From: an uncultured Nitrososphaerota archaeon | Lineage (GTDB): Archaea > Asgardarchaeota > Njordarchaeia > Njordarchaeales > Panguiarchaeaceae | Reading direction: 5' to 3' | Length of the DNA: 21,990 bases | Assembly (NCBI GenBank): GCA_964636085.1 | Contig: CAZWPQ010000034.1 | Location: 1-21,990, forward strand | Shown here: positions 8,721 through 17,459 of the stretch, one piece after another | Layout of the letters: every line of letters begins with the position of its first letter | Position numbering within the stretch: position 1 is the stretch's first letter | Program-made: the position numbers and the translations under genes | Notes under the pieces: generated by a model | The model's input: the letters and a program-made list of their open reading frames with translations, nothing else | Told to the model about the DNA's origin: nothing | Databases searched by the model: none

Positions 8721-10029
8721 AAGCTTGGAAATATCCAAAATAAGGCCGCCCAGTTGGTATCCACTACAGCAGGTCAAGGGGGAGCTAAGTTTAGGAGAAT
8801 TGCTTGAGATTGCAAAAAAAAGAATTGATTTCCTAGTGAGTTGGAAGGCTGGAGAGATCCCAGATGATAGTTTAGATTATCTAAAAAATAATGCCCTCGG
8901 AAATCTTGCGTTGTGTATCGCGTCGGCAGTTACGGATGATGCATATTTTCGTAATTGGTTGCTAGAGACCGAAGCAGATTTTTTTGCTACGATGTTTAAA
9001 AAAGCATCTCCTTCTGCTAAGTTGGGTATATTGAATAAGGTTTTTGGCGGAATAATCGTAGGTCTGTCAGGAGTATCCGAATACCTAAATGTGTCGAGTG
9101 ATTTTATTCTAAATGAGCTTGCTACGATTCGTAGGGTGAAGAAGGAGTCATTTAATCAACTCGTTGGGACATTCGAGGGCTTCTCAGTGGCTGCAGCAAG
9201 ATTTGAGAAGGCATATAAGATAATAAGAAAGGAGAGTGGGCTTCTACTAGGGGGCTGGGTTGTAGCGCCCTTAATAGAGTTCTTTAGGATTGTAAAAGCA
9301 TGTTTTCAGAGTATAATGGAGCAGAGAATAAGAGAAATTAGAAAAAGAATTATGGGGGGTAATAAAAAGGAGGTATACGAAGGATATGCCCAAGAAGTTA
9401 TAGCATATTGGAGGGGTAAAAGAGCTAAGTTCGTAACGGCAAAATCTTATGTAAGCAGTGGTAGTAAGCTTTGGCAACGTCCGCATTTATTCCCGCCTTG
9501 CTCGAGAATATTATATGATAAATTTATGGCGACAGGATATATACCACATGGTGAGAGAGTACAATTAGCATTATTTTTGAAGGGCTTAGGTATGCCGCTT
9601 GAAGAGCAATTAAAGTTTTGGTACAAAGCTGTTGACAATATGGGTATTAGTTGGGATAATTATCTGAGGAAGGGGGGGTATTATATTCGTCATATATACG
9701 GTTTGGAAGGATCTAGGAAAGACTATAGTCCTCCTAAATGTGAAACAATAATATCAAGATACTTCTGCCCCTTTAGTAAATTAGATAGTTCTAGTCTGAG
9801 AGAAGTGTTGAAAAAGATTAATCCAAAAATAACTTCTGGTGCCTTGGACAGAATAATTGATGCGTGTATTATACATGAATTTACACGAGCGTGTACAATG
9901 TTTTTGGAGTCTATTACTGGTAAAACGCTAAGAAGGGGGTTTATAAGTCATCCCCTCCAATTCGTTAGGATCTTAAGTATCTATGAAAAAAAGAAGGGTG
10001 GTGGAAATAAACGGGCGAAAGTACCCTAG
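8710..10029 (+). CDS. priL: DNA primase large subunit (PriL/PRIM2-like, Fe-S domain)
   Basis: 'FPPC', 'HGERVQLALFLKGLG', 'YYIRHIYGLEGSRKDYSPPKC', 'CPF', 'AC', 'SHPLQF'. Confidence 0.92.
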   Translation: MRGRSLEISKIRPPSWYPLQQVKGELSLGELLEIAKKRIDFLVSWKAGEIPDDSLDYLKNNALGNLALCIASAVTDDAYFRNWLLETEADFFATMFKKASPSAKLGILNKVFGGIIVGLSGVSEYLNVSSDFILNELATIRRVKKESFNQLVGTFEGFSVAAARFEKAYKIIRKESGLLLGGWVVAPLIEFFRIVKACFQSIMEQRIREIRKRIMGGNKKEVYEGYAQEVIAYWRGKRAKFVTAKSYVSSGSKLWQRPHLFPPCSRILYDKFMATGYIPHGERVQLALFLKGLGMPLEEQLKFWYKAVDNMGISWDNYLRKGGYYIRHIYGLEGSRKDYSPPKCETIISRYFCPFSKLDSSSLREVLKKINPKITSGALDRIIDACIIHEFTRACTMFLESITGKTLRRGFISHPLQFVRILSIYEKKKGGGNKRAKVP

Positions 10030-10771
10030 AATGTTTTCTAGGGTATATCTGAGCGGATTTGATCCAGATAGACTAAAACAAAAAACTGTGGCTGTATTCG
10101 GAGTCGGGGGAATAGGAGCTTTAGTCGCCGAAATGCTCGCTAGGATGGGCGTTGGAAAAATAATAATAGTTGATAAGGATATAGTTGAGGAAGAAAATTT
10201 GAATAGGTTGGGGTATTATGTGTGTGATCTAGGGAAACCGAAGGTTGAGGTTCTAAAAAGGAGACTTGATGAGTTAAATAACATCCGTGGAAAAAATTTT
10301 CCATTGAAGGTAGAGGCGTATTATGTTAATATATTCGATTTTCCTGAGATTGGGGATATCGTGAAAAATAGTGATTGCATTATAGTGGCTTTTGACGATA
10401 TAGATGCTAGGCTTGAGGTAAACTCTGCGGCTCTAAAGTATAATAAAGTGTTGATAGATGGAGGGGCGTCCACAAATGGTTTAAGGGGTCGGGTAACTGT
10501 TGTAAAGCCTTATGTGTGGCCATGTCTAGGATGTCTATATTCGCCTGATGTATTGGTAAAGGAGGGTGAAGTAGACACGCTAACATGTAATGTTAGTCTG
10601 CCAACAACCATGGCGGTAATAGCTAGCATTCAGGTGGATCAATGTTTAAGATATCTCCTCAATAAGGGTGGATTAAGCCCGTTGACCTTGATATCTTTTG
10701 AGGATGGTATTATTATTACTAAATTTAATAGTCTGTCCAGAAGGGGCGACTGTCCATACTGCTCTAGGTGA
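9983..10771 (+). CDS. ThiF/MoeB/E1-family activating enzyme (UBA5-like)
   Basis: GVGGIG, 'DKDIVEEENLNR', 'GKPKV', 'FDDIDAR', CLGC and CPYC Zn pairs, 'TCNVSLPTTM'. True start may be a slightly later GTG. Confidence 0.9.
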   Translation: MKKRRVVEINGRKYPRMFSRVYLSGFDPDRLKQKTVAVFGVGGIGALVAEMLARMGVGKIIIVDKDIVEEENLNRLGYYVCDLGKPKVEVLKRRLDELNNIRGKNFPLKVEAYYVNIFDFPEIGDIVKNSDCIIVAFDDIDARLEVNSAALKYNKVLIDGGASTNGLRGRVTVVKPYVWPCLGCLYSPDVLVKEGEVDTLTCNVSLPTTMAVIASIQVDQCLRYLLNKGGLSPLTLISFEDGIIITKFNSLSRRGDCPYCSR

Positions 10772-10777
10772 ACAAAT

Positions 10778-11164
10778 TTGGGAAAAGACGCCAAGGAGGC
10801 TAAGAGCTTGGTGGATAGTAAAATTGTGCTAAAGATCGATGCAATAGAGACGCCGCGAGGGTTGGTTCCTACGATATCGAGCATAGAGAGCCTTGTTAAT
10901 GCAATTAACAAAATTCTAAGTGAACTCTTTAACAGAATAGAACGCATAATGACCCTACTTGAAAATAACTCTAAGTGTATAAAAGACATAACGTTAGTTC
11001 TAAATGGCTTGAAGTTGAGGATGGAATTCATAGAGAATCTTCTATCTGAAATAAAAGTTTATATTAGCGAACCTAGGAGGGAAGATAGTGTAAGGGATGT
11101 TGGTCAGCGTAAAAAAGATATTAAAAAGGAATTATTAGATATGATTGGTTCTAATGCCCCATGA
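10778..11164 (+). CDS. Hypothetical coiled-coil protein
   Basis: 128-aa ORF 6 nt after the E1 gene; 'IETPRGLVPT' hairpin-like motif then heptad-rich helix. Confidence 0.65.
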   Translation: MGKDAKEAKSLVDSKIVLKIDAIETPRGLVPTISSIESLVNAINKILSELFNRIERIMTLLENNSKCIKDITLVLNGLKLRMEFIENLLSEIKVYISEPRREDSVRDVGQRKKDIKKELLDMIGSNAP

Positions 11165-11792
11165 GGGCATATATAGAAAAGAAACTGGTAATGAGTGATA
11201 TGACGAAGAGTATAATGGGCCTTCTTATGTTCTGTTTTTCTACATAAGCATTCCCAACAAAAAGATTTAAAGTGAAGAATATTTTTGTGAGCGCTAAGAT
11301 TATGCATGCACTTGTAATAGTCAGTATTAAGAACATGTCTGTTGGTTTGTTTTTGTATCCAAATGTAGTGGCAATAGACGTAAAAAAGAACGTCGCTAAT
11401 AGTGCCCCGAGTGATAATCCCATTATGAATGATAATAGGTTTATTTTCATGAGTGTTCTTTGGACTAATTCCTCTTGCCTAAGCTGAATCGTTATTTCCT
11501 TCTGCGCTACCAGCACTAAATTTTTGCATAATTTTACTATATATCGGGGGTTTTTGCTATAATACCTTAGCAGTAACACGATGCTTCTCATAAGCTGACT
11601 GCTATGATACATGGAATATATTTTCGTCCATGTTCCTTCTGGATCGGCGATAAAATCTAGGGTTCTAATGTTTTTGATATAATCTATGAAGGATCTCTCA
11701 ATGCATTTATACTCTGTTGCTCTATTGATTACCTTAAGAAGGGTAGACAATAATACTTCTTTTTCATTAGGTGAAATATCTTGTGTTTGCAT
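11151..11792 (-). CDS. Membrane protein, possibly T2SS-F/TadC-like platform protein
   Basis: Helical soluble N-terminal half then three hydrophobic segments (LLSFIMGLSLGALLATFFF; MFLILTITSACIILAL; IILFVISLITSFFSIYALM). Family inferred from architecture only. Confidence 0.5.
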   Translation of the reverse strand: MQTQDISPNEKEVLLSTLLKVINRATEYKCIERSFIDYIKNIRTLDFIADPEGTWTKIYSMYHSSQLMRSIVLLLRYYSKNPRYIVKLCKNLVLVAQKEITIQLRQEELVQRTLMKINLLSFIMGLSLGALLATFFFTSIATTFGYKNKPTDMFLILTITSACIILALTKIFFTLNLFVGNAYVEKQNIRRPIILFVISLITSFFSIYALMGH

Positions 11793-11932
11793 GAAGTAAG
11801 ACCAATTTACCCAAAAATAGAGTTGCAGAAGCCAAATTAGGTGTCAATACATGTTTTTAAATATGATTGAATTTGATAAAAATAAGGCATGTTACGAATA
11901 AATCTAAGTACTTATAGGGAGGTGGAAAAATC

Positions 11933-14185
11933 ATGGTAAAGATCAAAGGAGCGGAAGAAATTCGTGGGTTAGTAAAAAAACTACCTCTAGAACAACGGAG
12001 AATATTTAGCATCACAGCTCATATAGATCATGGAAAAAGCACAATGTGTGATTTTTTGCTGGCGAGGGCTGGTCTTATGTCCCAAGAATTGGCTGGCGAG
12101 AAAAGGATGACAGACTACGATGAAGAGGAACAAAAGAGAATAATTACAATATTCACCACAGTAGTTAATCTACTCTATAAATATGGGGGGAAGGACTACC
12201 TAATACAGCTCAACGATACACCAGGCCACATATCATTCACAGGCGAAGTTTCAAGGGCAATACGTGCAAGTGATGGTATTATCTTATTGGTGGATGCTGT
12301 GGAAGGAGTAATGACACAGACAGTTACAAATTTAAGATTAGCCCTGCAAGAAGGATGTAAGCCCGTGCTATACATAAATAAGGTAGATAGGCTTATATCA
12401 GAATTAAGGTTAAGTCCCCAAGAAGTCGTAACACGTATCGACGCAATAATCAGAGAGGTAAATAAACTAATAGAAATGTATGCGCCAGAACCTTTCAAGA
12501 AGGAATGGAAAGTTAATTTTATGGAGGGCACTGTCGCTATTGGATCGGCGAAGGACGGGTGGGGTTTCACATCAGATATCCTTAAAAAGAAATTTGAAGA
12601 CCCCCGTGAGGGCTACATTAAGATCTTCAAAAAATATGAAGAAGGCGACATAAACTGGTTAAGAGAAAATCTACCCCTAGATGAGGCGATACTAGAGATG
12701 GTAATCAAGCACCTTCCAAGCCCCAAGGAGGCGCAAAAATACAAGATAGAGGCAATATGGCGGGGTAAGACGGATATAGACGTTTATGACGCACTAATTA
12801 ATGTGGATGCTAATGGCCCTCTCGTAGGTATGATTACGAAGATTTTCGTTCATCCTAGAACATTTCAAACTGTTCTAATTGGTAGAGTATGGTCTGGGAC
12901 ACTTACAAATGATGTAGAGTTATATCTTTTGAGCAAGGGAACCACAGCAAGGCCTCATCGACTTGGGGTTATGGAGATAACGGATATATTAGATGTCGAT
13001 GCGATACCAGCAGGAAACCTATTTGCCATGACGGGCTTTTTAGTTCCCGCGGGCGAAAGTTTTGTGACGGCAGAACTCTATAATGAATACAAGGACATAA
13101 TAGAGGCAGGAGAATTCGGTTTCGAACCCATCCCATATGCTAGCGAACCAGTTGTTTCTAGAGCAATTAGGCCAAAAGACCCTAATGAGCTAGATACGTT
13201 AGCTAGAGTTGCAGAAATGTGGGTGGCTGCTGATCCAACAGCAAAATTTTATCTGGATAGGGAATCCAATCAATACATCCTAGCGGGCGTGGATCCATTG
13301 CAACTAGAGATCCTTATAAAGAGGATAGGCATGAAGGTCCCTGTCGAGGTGGACGAACCAATAATAGTATATAGAGAGCGTGTCGAAAAAAGCGGGATTG
13401 AGGTCACTACGAAATCTCCAAATGCACTTAATCGTCTAACACTATATGTCGAACCACTGAGCAATGATGTTGCTGATGCTATAAGGAAAGGCCTGATAAA
13501 GGAGGAGCAAGACCCCAAGGCCAGAGCTAGGATACTCAGGGAGAACTTTGGATGGGAAACGCATTTGGCGCGCAATATAATTGCTATAGAGGAGACAAAC
13601 ATACTTATTAATGCGACGGTTGGTGTCCAAAGATTTGATAGGATCAAGGACTATATAATAGCAACATTTAGGGACTTTTGTAGAGGTGGACCTCTCGCTA
13701 AGGAACCAATACAGCATATGAAGGTAGTGATAACCGATGCTGTTGTTCACGAAGACCCGGTGCATACTCAGATGGGACAAATATTTCCAATGACTTTCTC
13801 TGCGTTAGCTGTGTCATTCTTAACAGGGAATCCAGCAATATTTGAACCAGTGCTAAGAGTAGATGTTAAGGCACCACAAAGATTCATGGGACCGCTAATA
13901 ACTCTGCTATCACAAAGAAGGGGCAGGATATATGAATCAACAATAGAGGGCGAAGATGTACATATAATAGCTCATGTACCCGTACCCGAAACACTTGATT
14001 TAGCCGAAAGATTAAGGTCTATAACAAGTGGAAGGGCGTTCTTTGGATACCAATTCGAGACATGGTGGCGTGTGCCTGATTCAATGCAGGCTGATTTGAT
14101 ACGTAATATAAGGAGAAGGAAGAAACTAAAGGAAGAACCTCCAACAGTGAAAGATTTCGAAAGATTTATCTACCAACGAACATGA
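11933..14185 (+). CDS. fusA: Translation elongation factor aEF-2 (divergent)
   Basis: AHIDHGKST, DTPGH, NKVD, 'KSPN..NRL', 'HEDPVH', 'LRSITSGRA'; GGAGGTGG Shine-Dalgarno upstream. Confidence 0.95.
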   Translation: MVKIKGAEEIRGLVKKLPLEQRRIFSITAHIDHGKSTMCDFLLARAGLMSQELAGEKRMTDYDEEEQKRIITIFTTVVNLLYKYGGKDYLIQLNDTPGHISFTGEVSRAIRASDGIILLVDAVEGVMTQTVTNLRLALQEGCKPVLYINKVDRLISELRLSPQEVVTRIDAIIREVNKLIEMYAPEPFKKEWKVNFMEGTVAIGSAKDGWGFTSDILKKKFEDPREGYIKIFKKYEEGDINWLRENLPLDEAILEMVIKHLPSPKEAQKYKIEAIWRGKTDIDVYDALINVDANGPLVGMITKIFVHPRTFQTVLIGRVWSGTLTNDVELYLLSKGTTARPHRLGVMEITDILDVDAIPAGNLFAMTGFLVPAGESFVTAELYNEYKDIIEAGEFGFEPIPYASEPVVSRAIRPKDPNELDTLARVAEMWVAADPTAKFYLDRESNQYILAGVDPLQLEILIKRIGMKVPVEVDEPIIVYRERVEKSGIEVTTKSPNALNRLTLYVEPLSNDVADAIRKGLIKEEQDPKARARILRENFGWETHLARNIIAIEETNILINATVGVQRFDRIKDYIIATFRDFCRGGPLAKEPIQHMKVVITDAVVHEDPVHTQMGQIFPMTFSALAVSFLTGNPAIFEPVLRVDVKAPQRFMGPLITLLSQRRGRIYESTIEGEDVHIIAHVPVPETLDLAERLRSITSGRAFFGYQFETWWRVPDSMQADLIRNIRRRKKLKEEPPTVKDFERFIYQRT

Positions 14186-14218
14186 AACCATGGAAGCTAA
14201 AACCATTTTTTCTAAAAA

Positions 14219-14226
14219 TTTATATA
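14219..14226 (+). promoter_or_regulatory. Candidate TATA box for the tRNA-Ser/sRNA/tRNA-Lys unit
   Basis: TTTATATA preceded by an A-rich BRE-like run, about 40 nt before the tRNA. Confidence 0.5.
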
Positions 14227-14265
14227 GGGTTTTTTGTTAAGTAATATTGTTATGATAGGCCAAGT

Positions 14266-14368
14266 GCCGGGGTTGCCGAGCTGGTACGGCGTCGGCCTGC
14301 TAGACGAGCGGCCATTGTAGAAAGCCGATGGCGTTTTCGCCTCGCGGGTTCGAGTCCCGCCCCCGGCA
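14266..14368 (+). tRNA. tRNA-Ser(GCT) with 20-nt intron at 37/38 (14303-14322)
   Basis: Acceptor GCCGGGG/CCCCGGC; anticodon stem TCGGC/GCCGA; loop CT-GCT-A|A; long variable arm GGCG-TTTT-CGCC; T arm GCGGG-TTCGAGT-CCCGC; splice helix CTGC/GTAG with AAA bulge. Confidence 0.9.
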
Positions 14369-14429
14369 TTTTGAATGATGAAGGTTCAACCAACTGAGCA
14401 CTGTGATGAATGCATGTCTTGCTGAAAAA
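14369..14429 (+). ncRNA. Box C/D guide sRNA
   Basis: C ATGATGA (14375-81), 12-nt guide, D' CTGA (14394-97), C' GTGATGA (14403-09), 12-nt guide, D CTGA (14422-25); TTTT/AAAA terminal stem. Confidence 0.92.
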
Positions 14430-14448
14430 CGGACTTGCCCCAGAGTTT

Positions 14449-14523
14449 GGGCCGGTAGCTCAGCCTGGGTAGAGCGTCCGGCTCTTAACCGGACGGTCGC
14501 GGGTTCAAATCCCGCCCGGCCCA
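14449..14523 (+). tRNA. tRNA-Lys(CTT)
   Basis: GGGCCGG/CCGGCCC acceptor; TCCGG-CT CTT AA-CCGGA anticodon arm; GGTTCAAATCC T loop. Confidence 0.96.
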
Positions 14524-14610
14524 TTTGTGTAGTTATTTTCCTTTACTCGTGTAGGTAACGCTCATATATATCTTTTTATTAAGGTCTCATTAAAGTTAGT
14601 TTGAACTTAG

Positions 14611-16098
14611 GTGATGCCTTTTGGAATGTCTATCAGGGTAAAAATTTCTGATACACTCCGTGGTGAAAAAATAGAGTTGACTAATAGGTTTGTAAGGGCA
14701 TATTTCTGTGGTCCTACAGTATATGATGTGCCCCATCTGGGTCATGCGAGAGCGTATGTTATATTCGATGTTTTGATAAGACTGCTGAAGTATCTAGGAT
14801 ATAATGTAAAGTATGTAAGAAATATTACGGATGTAGATGACAAGATAATTAGAAGGGCTAATAGCGAGGGTGTATCGCCTTTTGAGATAGCGGAAAGATA
14901 TTCCTATGAATTTCATGATGCTATGAGAGAGCTAGATGTAACTCCGCCAAATATCGAACCTCGTGCATCCGCTCATATACCCGAGATAATTGAGTTTGTT
15001 AAGGGTCTCGTTGAGAAAGGCTATGCATATGAGACTCCTGATGGTGTATATTTCAGAGTGAGGAAATTTAGGGATTATGGTAAATTATCGAAAAGAAGTC
15101 TCGATGAGATGCGTGCTGGAGCGAGAGTAGAGCCTAGTCCATATAAAGAGCATCCACTTGATTTTGCTTTATGGAAAAAGTCAAAACCGGGGGAGCCGTA
15201 TTGGGATAGCCCGTGGGGTAAAGGGAGGCCCGGTTGGCACATAGAATGCTCGGCGATGGTTTTAAAACATCTAGGAGAGACAATAGATATTCATGGCGGA
15301 GGAGAAGATTTAATATTCCCTCATCATGAAAACGAAATAGCACAAAGTGAGGCCCTCACAGGGAAAACATTTTCTAGGATATGGTTTCATGTAGGCTTGC
15401 TAACAATCGGAGAAGAAAAAATGGCTAAAAGTCTCGGTAATATAGTATCGGTTAAGCAGGCTCTTGAGAAATATGATGGTGAGACAATAAGGGTGTTTCT
15501 AATTAGTGTCCACTATAGAAAACAACTAGCGTTTAGCTGGTCGAAGCTTGATGAAGCTGAGAAAATGTTAGACGAAATATATAGAGGCCTCTTCTTAGCT
15601 GAATATTTAGGAGGCACAGCGTATGAAGGCGATATACGCGAGGATATAAAATCATATATAGATGAAACCAAGAGAAAATTCTTAGAGGCGCTCTCTGATA
15701 ATCTAAACACAGTAGAGGCATTAAGGATTCTTAGAGATATAGCAAGAAAGGTTATAGCAACGCATAATGAAATGGAGCGAGGAGAGCTAGTGGCGATTGC
15801 AGGTCTCATGCGTGAACTTGGCAATATACTGGGCATACTAAAACAGACAATTGAGGATAGGATCAAGGAAAAAAAGAAGCGTAAGAAACCAATAGGATTG
15901 ATTCTCCCTCCAGGCTACACACCGCCGGGGATGGGAATAGAGAAAGATCTCATAGAAATTATAATAAAGGTGCGTGAGGAGCTTAGGAGAAGAAAAATCT
16001 ATGACCTAGCAGATGAGATAAGATCAAGACTTAAAGATGTGGGCATAATTCTCGAGGATACACTCGAAGGAACCAGATATGTAATTTCGCGAGTATAG
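14611..16098 (+). CDS. cysS: Cysteine--tRNA ligase
   Basis: CGPTVYD, HLGHAR, NITDVDDKII, DFALWK, GRPGWHIECSAM, HGGGEDLIFPHHENE, KMAKSLGN, ADEIRSRL. Confidence 0.97.
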   Translation: MMPFGMSIRVKISDTLRGEKIELTNRFVRAYFCGPTVYDVPHLGHARAYVIFDVLIRLLKYLGYNVKYVRNITDVDDKIIRRANSEGVSPFEIAERYSYEFHDAMRELDVTPPNIEPRASAHIPEIIEFVKGLVEKGYAYETPDGVYFRVRKFRDYGKLSKRSLDEMRAGARVEPSPYKEHPLDFALWKKSKPGEPYWDSPWGKGRPGWHIECSAMVLKHLGETIDIHGGGEDLIFPHHENEIAQSEALTGKTFSRIWFHVGLLTIGEEKMAKSLGNIVSVKQALEKYDGETIRVFLISVHYRKQLAFSWSKLDEAEKMLDEIYRGLFLAEYLGGTAYEGDIREDIKSYIDETKRKFLEALSDNLNTVEALRILRDIARKVIATHNEMERGELVAIAGLMRELGNILGILKQTIEDRIKEKKKRKKPIGLILPPGYTPPGMGIEKDLIEIIIKVREELRRRKIYDLADEIRSRLKDVGIILEDTLEGTRYVISRV

Positions 16099-16105
16099 TC
16101 CCTTT

Positions 16106-16420
16106 TTATCTTTGCATTCTAGCTCTTTTAAGTTTTTGCCTCCAAATGTACTTACTGTGAATCTGCCTGCATTTTGTAGAATTTTTGGATCTAAGCAATA
16201 CTTGATTGAAAAGCTCAACGCTAGTAGTTTTTATTAGGTCCAGTATCTCACCAATGTTGTCTTCTGGAAAATTAGATTCTATCATATGATCGACTATTCC
16301 AGCGAGCCTACTTATAGATGTTTCATCCCTCGCATGTTGGGATGGATGGCGTTTCTTAACGATTTCTAGAATCGTGATTACGCGGTGTTTTATTTGGTTA
16401 AACGTCATAGACATTTCCAA
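16106..16420 (-). CDS. Hypothetical protein
   Basis: 104-aa ORF filling the gap, with GGTG upstream of the ATG; no family recognised. Confidence 0.55.
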   Translation of the reverse strand: MEMSMTFNQIKHRVITILEIVKKRHPSQHARDETSISRLAGIVDHMIESNFPEDNIGEILDLIKTTSVELFNQVLLRSKNSTKCRQIHSKYIWRQKLKRARMQR

Positions 16421-16551
16421 ACACCGTTACTTCTAGTAAATCACTATTTTTTGGTCTTATTAAGTAATTTTTATGTAACTTATAATGACAGTAGGTAGTA
16501 TCATATATGTAGCAATTGAACTATAGACACGCTATTAGTTGGTGTGGCATC

Positions 16552-17394
16552 ATGGTTATTAGGGCCGTAGCCTTATTTGATGCCTATGGTAATGAAATAT
16601 TCTATAACACTTATGCCAATTTTACCCCGAACTTTCCTCTCCTTAATAGGATATTGCTAGGTATGAAGGAACACTTCATAAAGGAGGTTGATTCGCTGGA
16701 AATGGGCCAGTATAGAATTTCGCTTATGATAACATCTAACTTTATGTTGTCGATATTGGCTGATAGGGTAAATAGTGCGGAGGAACTGGAAAAAGTATTA
16801 AGAAGACTCATGGAGGATGCAGTGGATATTTTTGGTGACGCCACTAAAGAAAGTGTGTCTAATGAGAGTGTTGAAAAATTTGAACAATGCGTGGAAGATG
16901 CAATAAAGATGATTCCAGTTAAGTGTACCTTGACTGGGTACGGGGGGGTAGGTAAGACGACAATAGTTAAGCTTGTTGCGAAGGGAATCACAGTTAGTAA
17001 GCATATTCCTACGATACTAGCCGACGTGGAGGAGCTTCATATAGAGGGCATTGAACCGTTTAAAGTAACCCTATTCACTGTTGCTGGCCAGCCAGAATAC
17101 TGGCGAACTTGGATGGTTACCACAGAAGGGTCGGACTTTGTGGTTCTCGTCACCGATTCGAGTGAAGAGGACGTTATTAGGCTTCAGAAGGAAATATTGC
17201 CATATCTGATGAAGATAACTCCGTATTCAAGATTTACGTTGATAGCTAATAAACAGGATCTTCCTGATAGATTGCCCCCTTCAGCGATAGAGGAGTTGAC
17301 GGGATTTCCATCGTATCCACTTGTGGCTATATCTCCTGACGCCAAGGAAAGATTTATTGAAATTCTTAATTCGATGATAAGGGAGTTGCCTTAG
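16552..17394 (+). CDS. Longin-like domain fused to an Arf/MglA-like small GTPase
   Basis: N-term 'MVIRAVALFDAYGNEIFYNTY' longin-like; G1 GYGGVGKTT, G2 IPTI, G3 TVAGQ, G4 ANKQDLP. ATG 16552 with GGTG upstream preferred over TTG 16516. Confidence 0.82.
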   Translation: MVIRAVALFDAYGNEIFYNTYANFTPNFPLLNRILLGMKEHFIKEVDSLEMGQYRISLMITSNFMLSILADRVNSAEELEKVLRRLMEDAVDIFGDATKESVSNESVEKFEQCVEDAIKMIPVKCTLTGYGGVGKTTIVKLVAKGITVSKHIPTILADVEELHIEGIEPFKVTLFTVAGQPEYWRTWMVTTEGSDFVVLVTDSSEEDVIRLQKEILPYLMKITPYSRFTLIANKQDLPDRLPPSAIEELTGFPSYPLVAISPDAKERFIEILNSMIRELP

Positions 17395-17459
17395 TTTTTC
17401 GATCTTTTAACATATGTTTGTGTTTAGCTTTTTTCATTAAGGCTACGTCGTGTAGAGTT

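Noticed and set aside
14297-14323. Alternative anticodon (TAG Leu or AGA Ser) from a different intron position
   Set aside because: Only the 37/38 placement gives splice-motif geometry with a 7-nt loop; the acceptor stem is Ser-like.
14300-14524. 74-aa minus-strand ORF
   Set aside because: Antisense to tRNA-Ser, the sRNA and tRNA-Lys.
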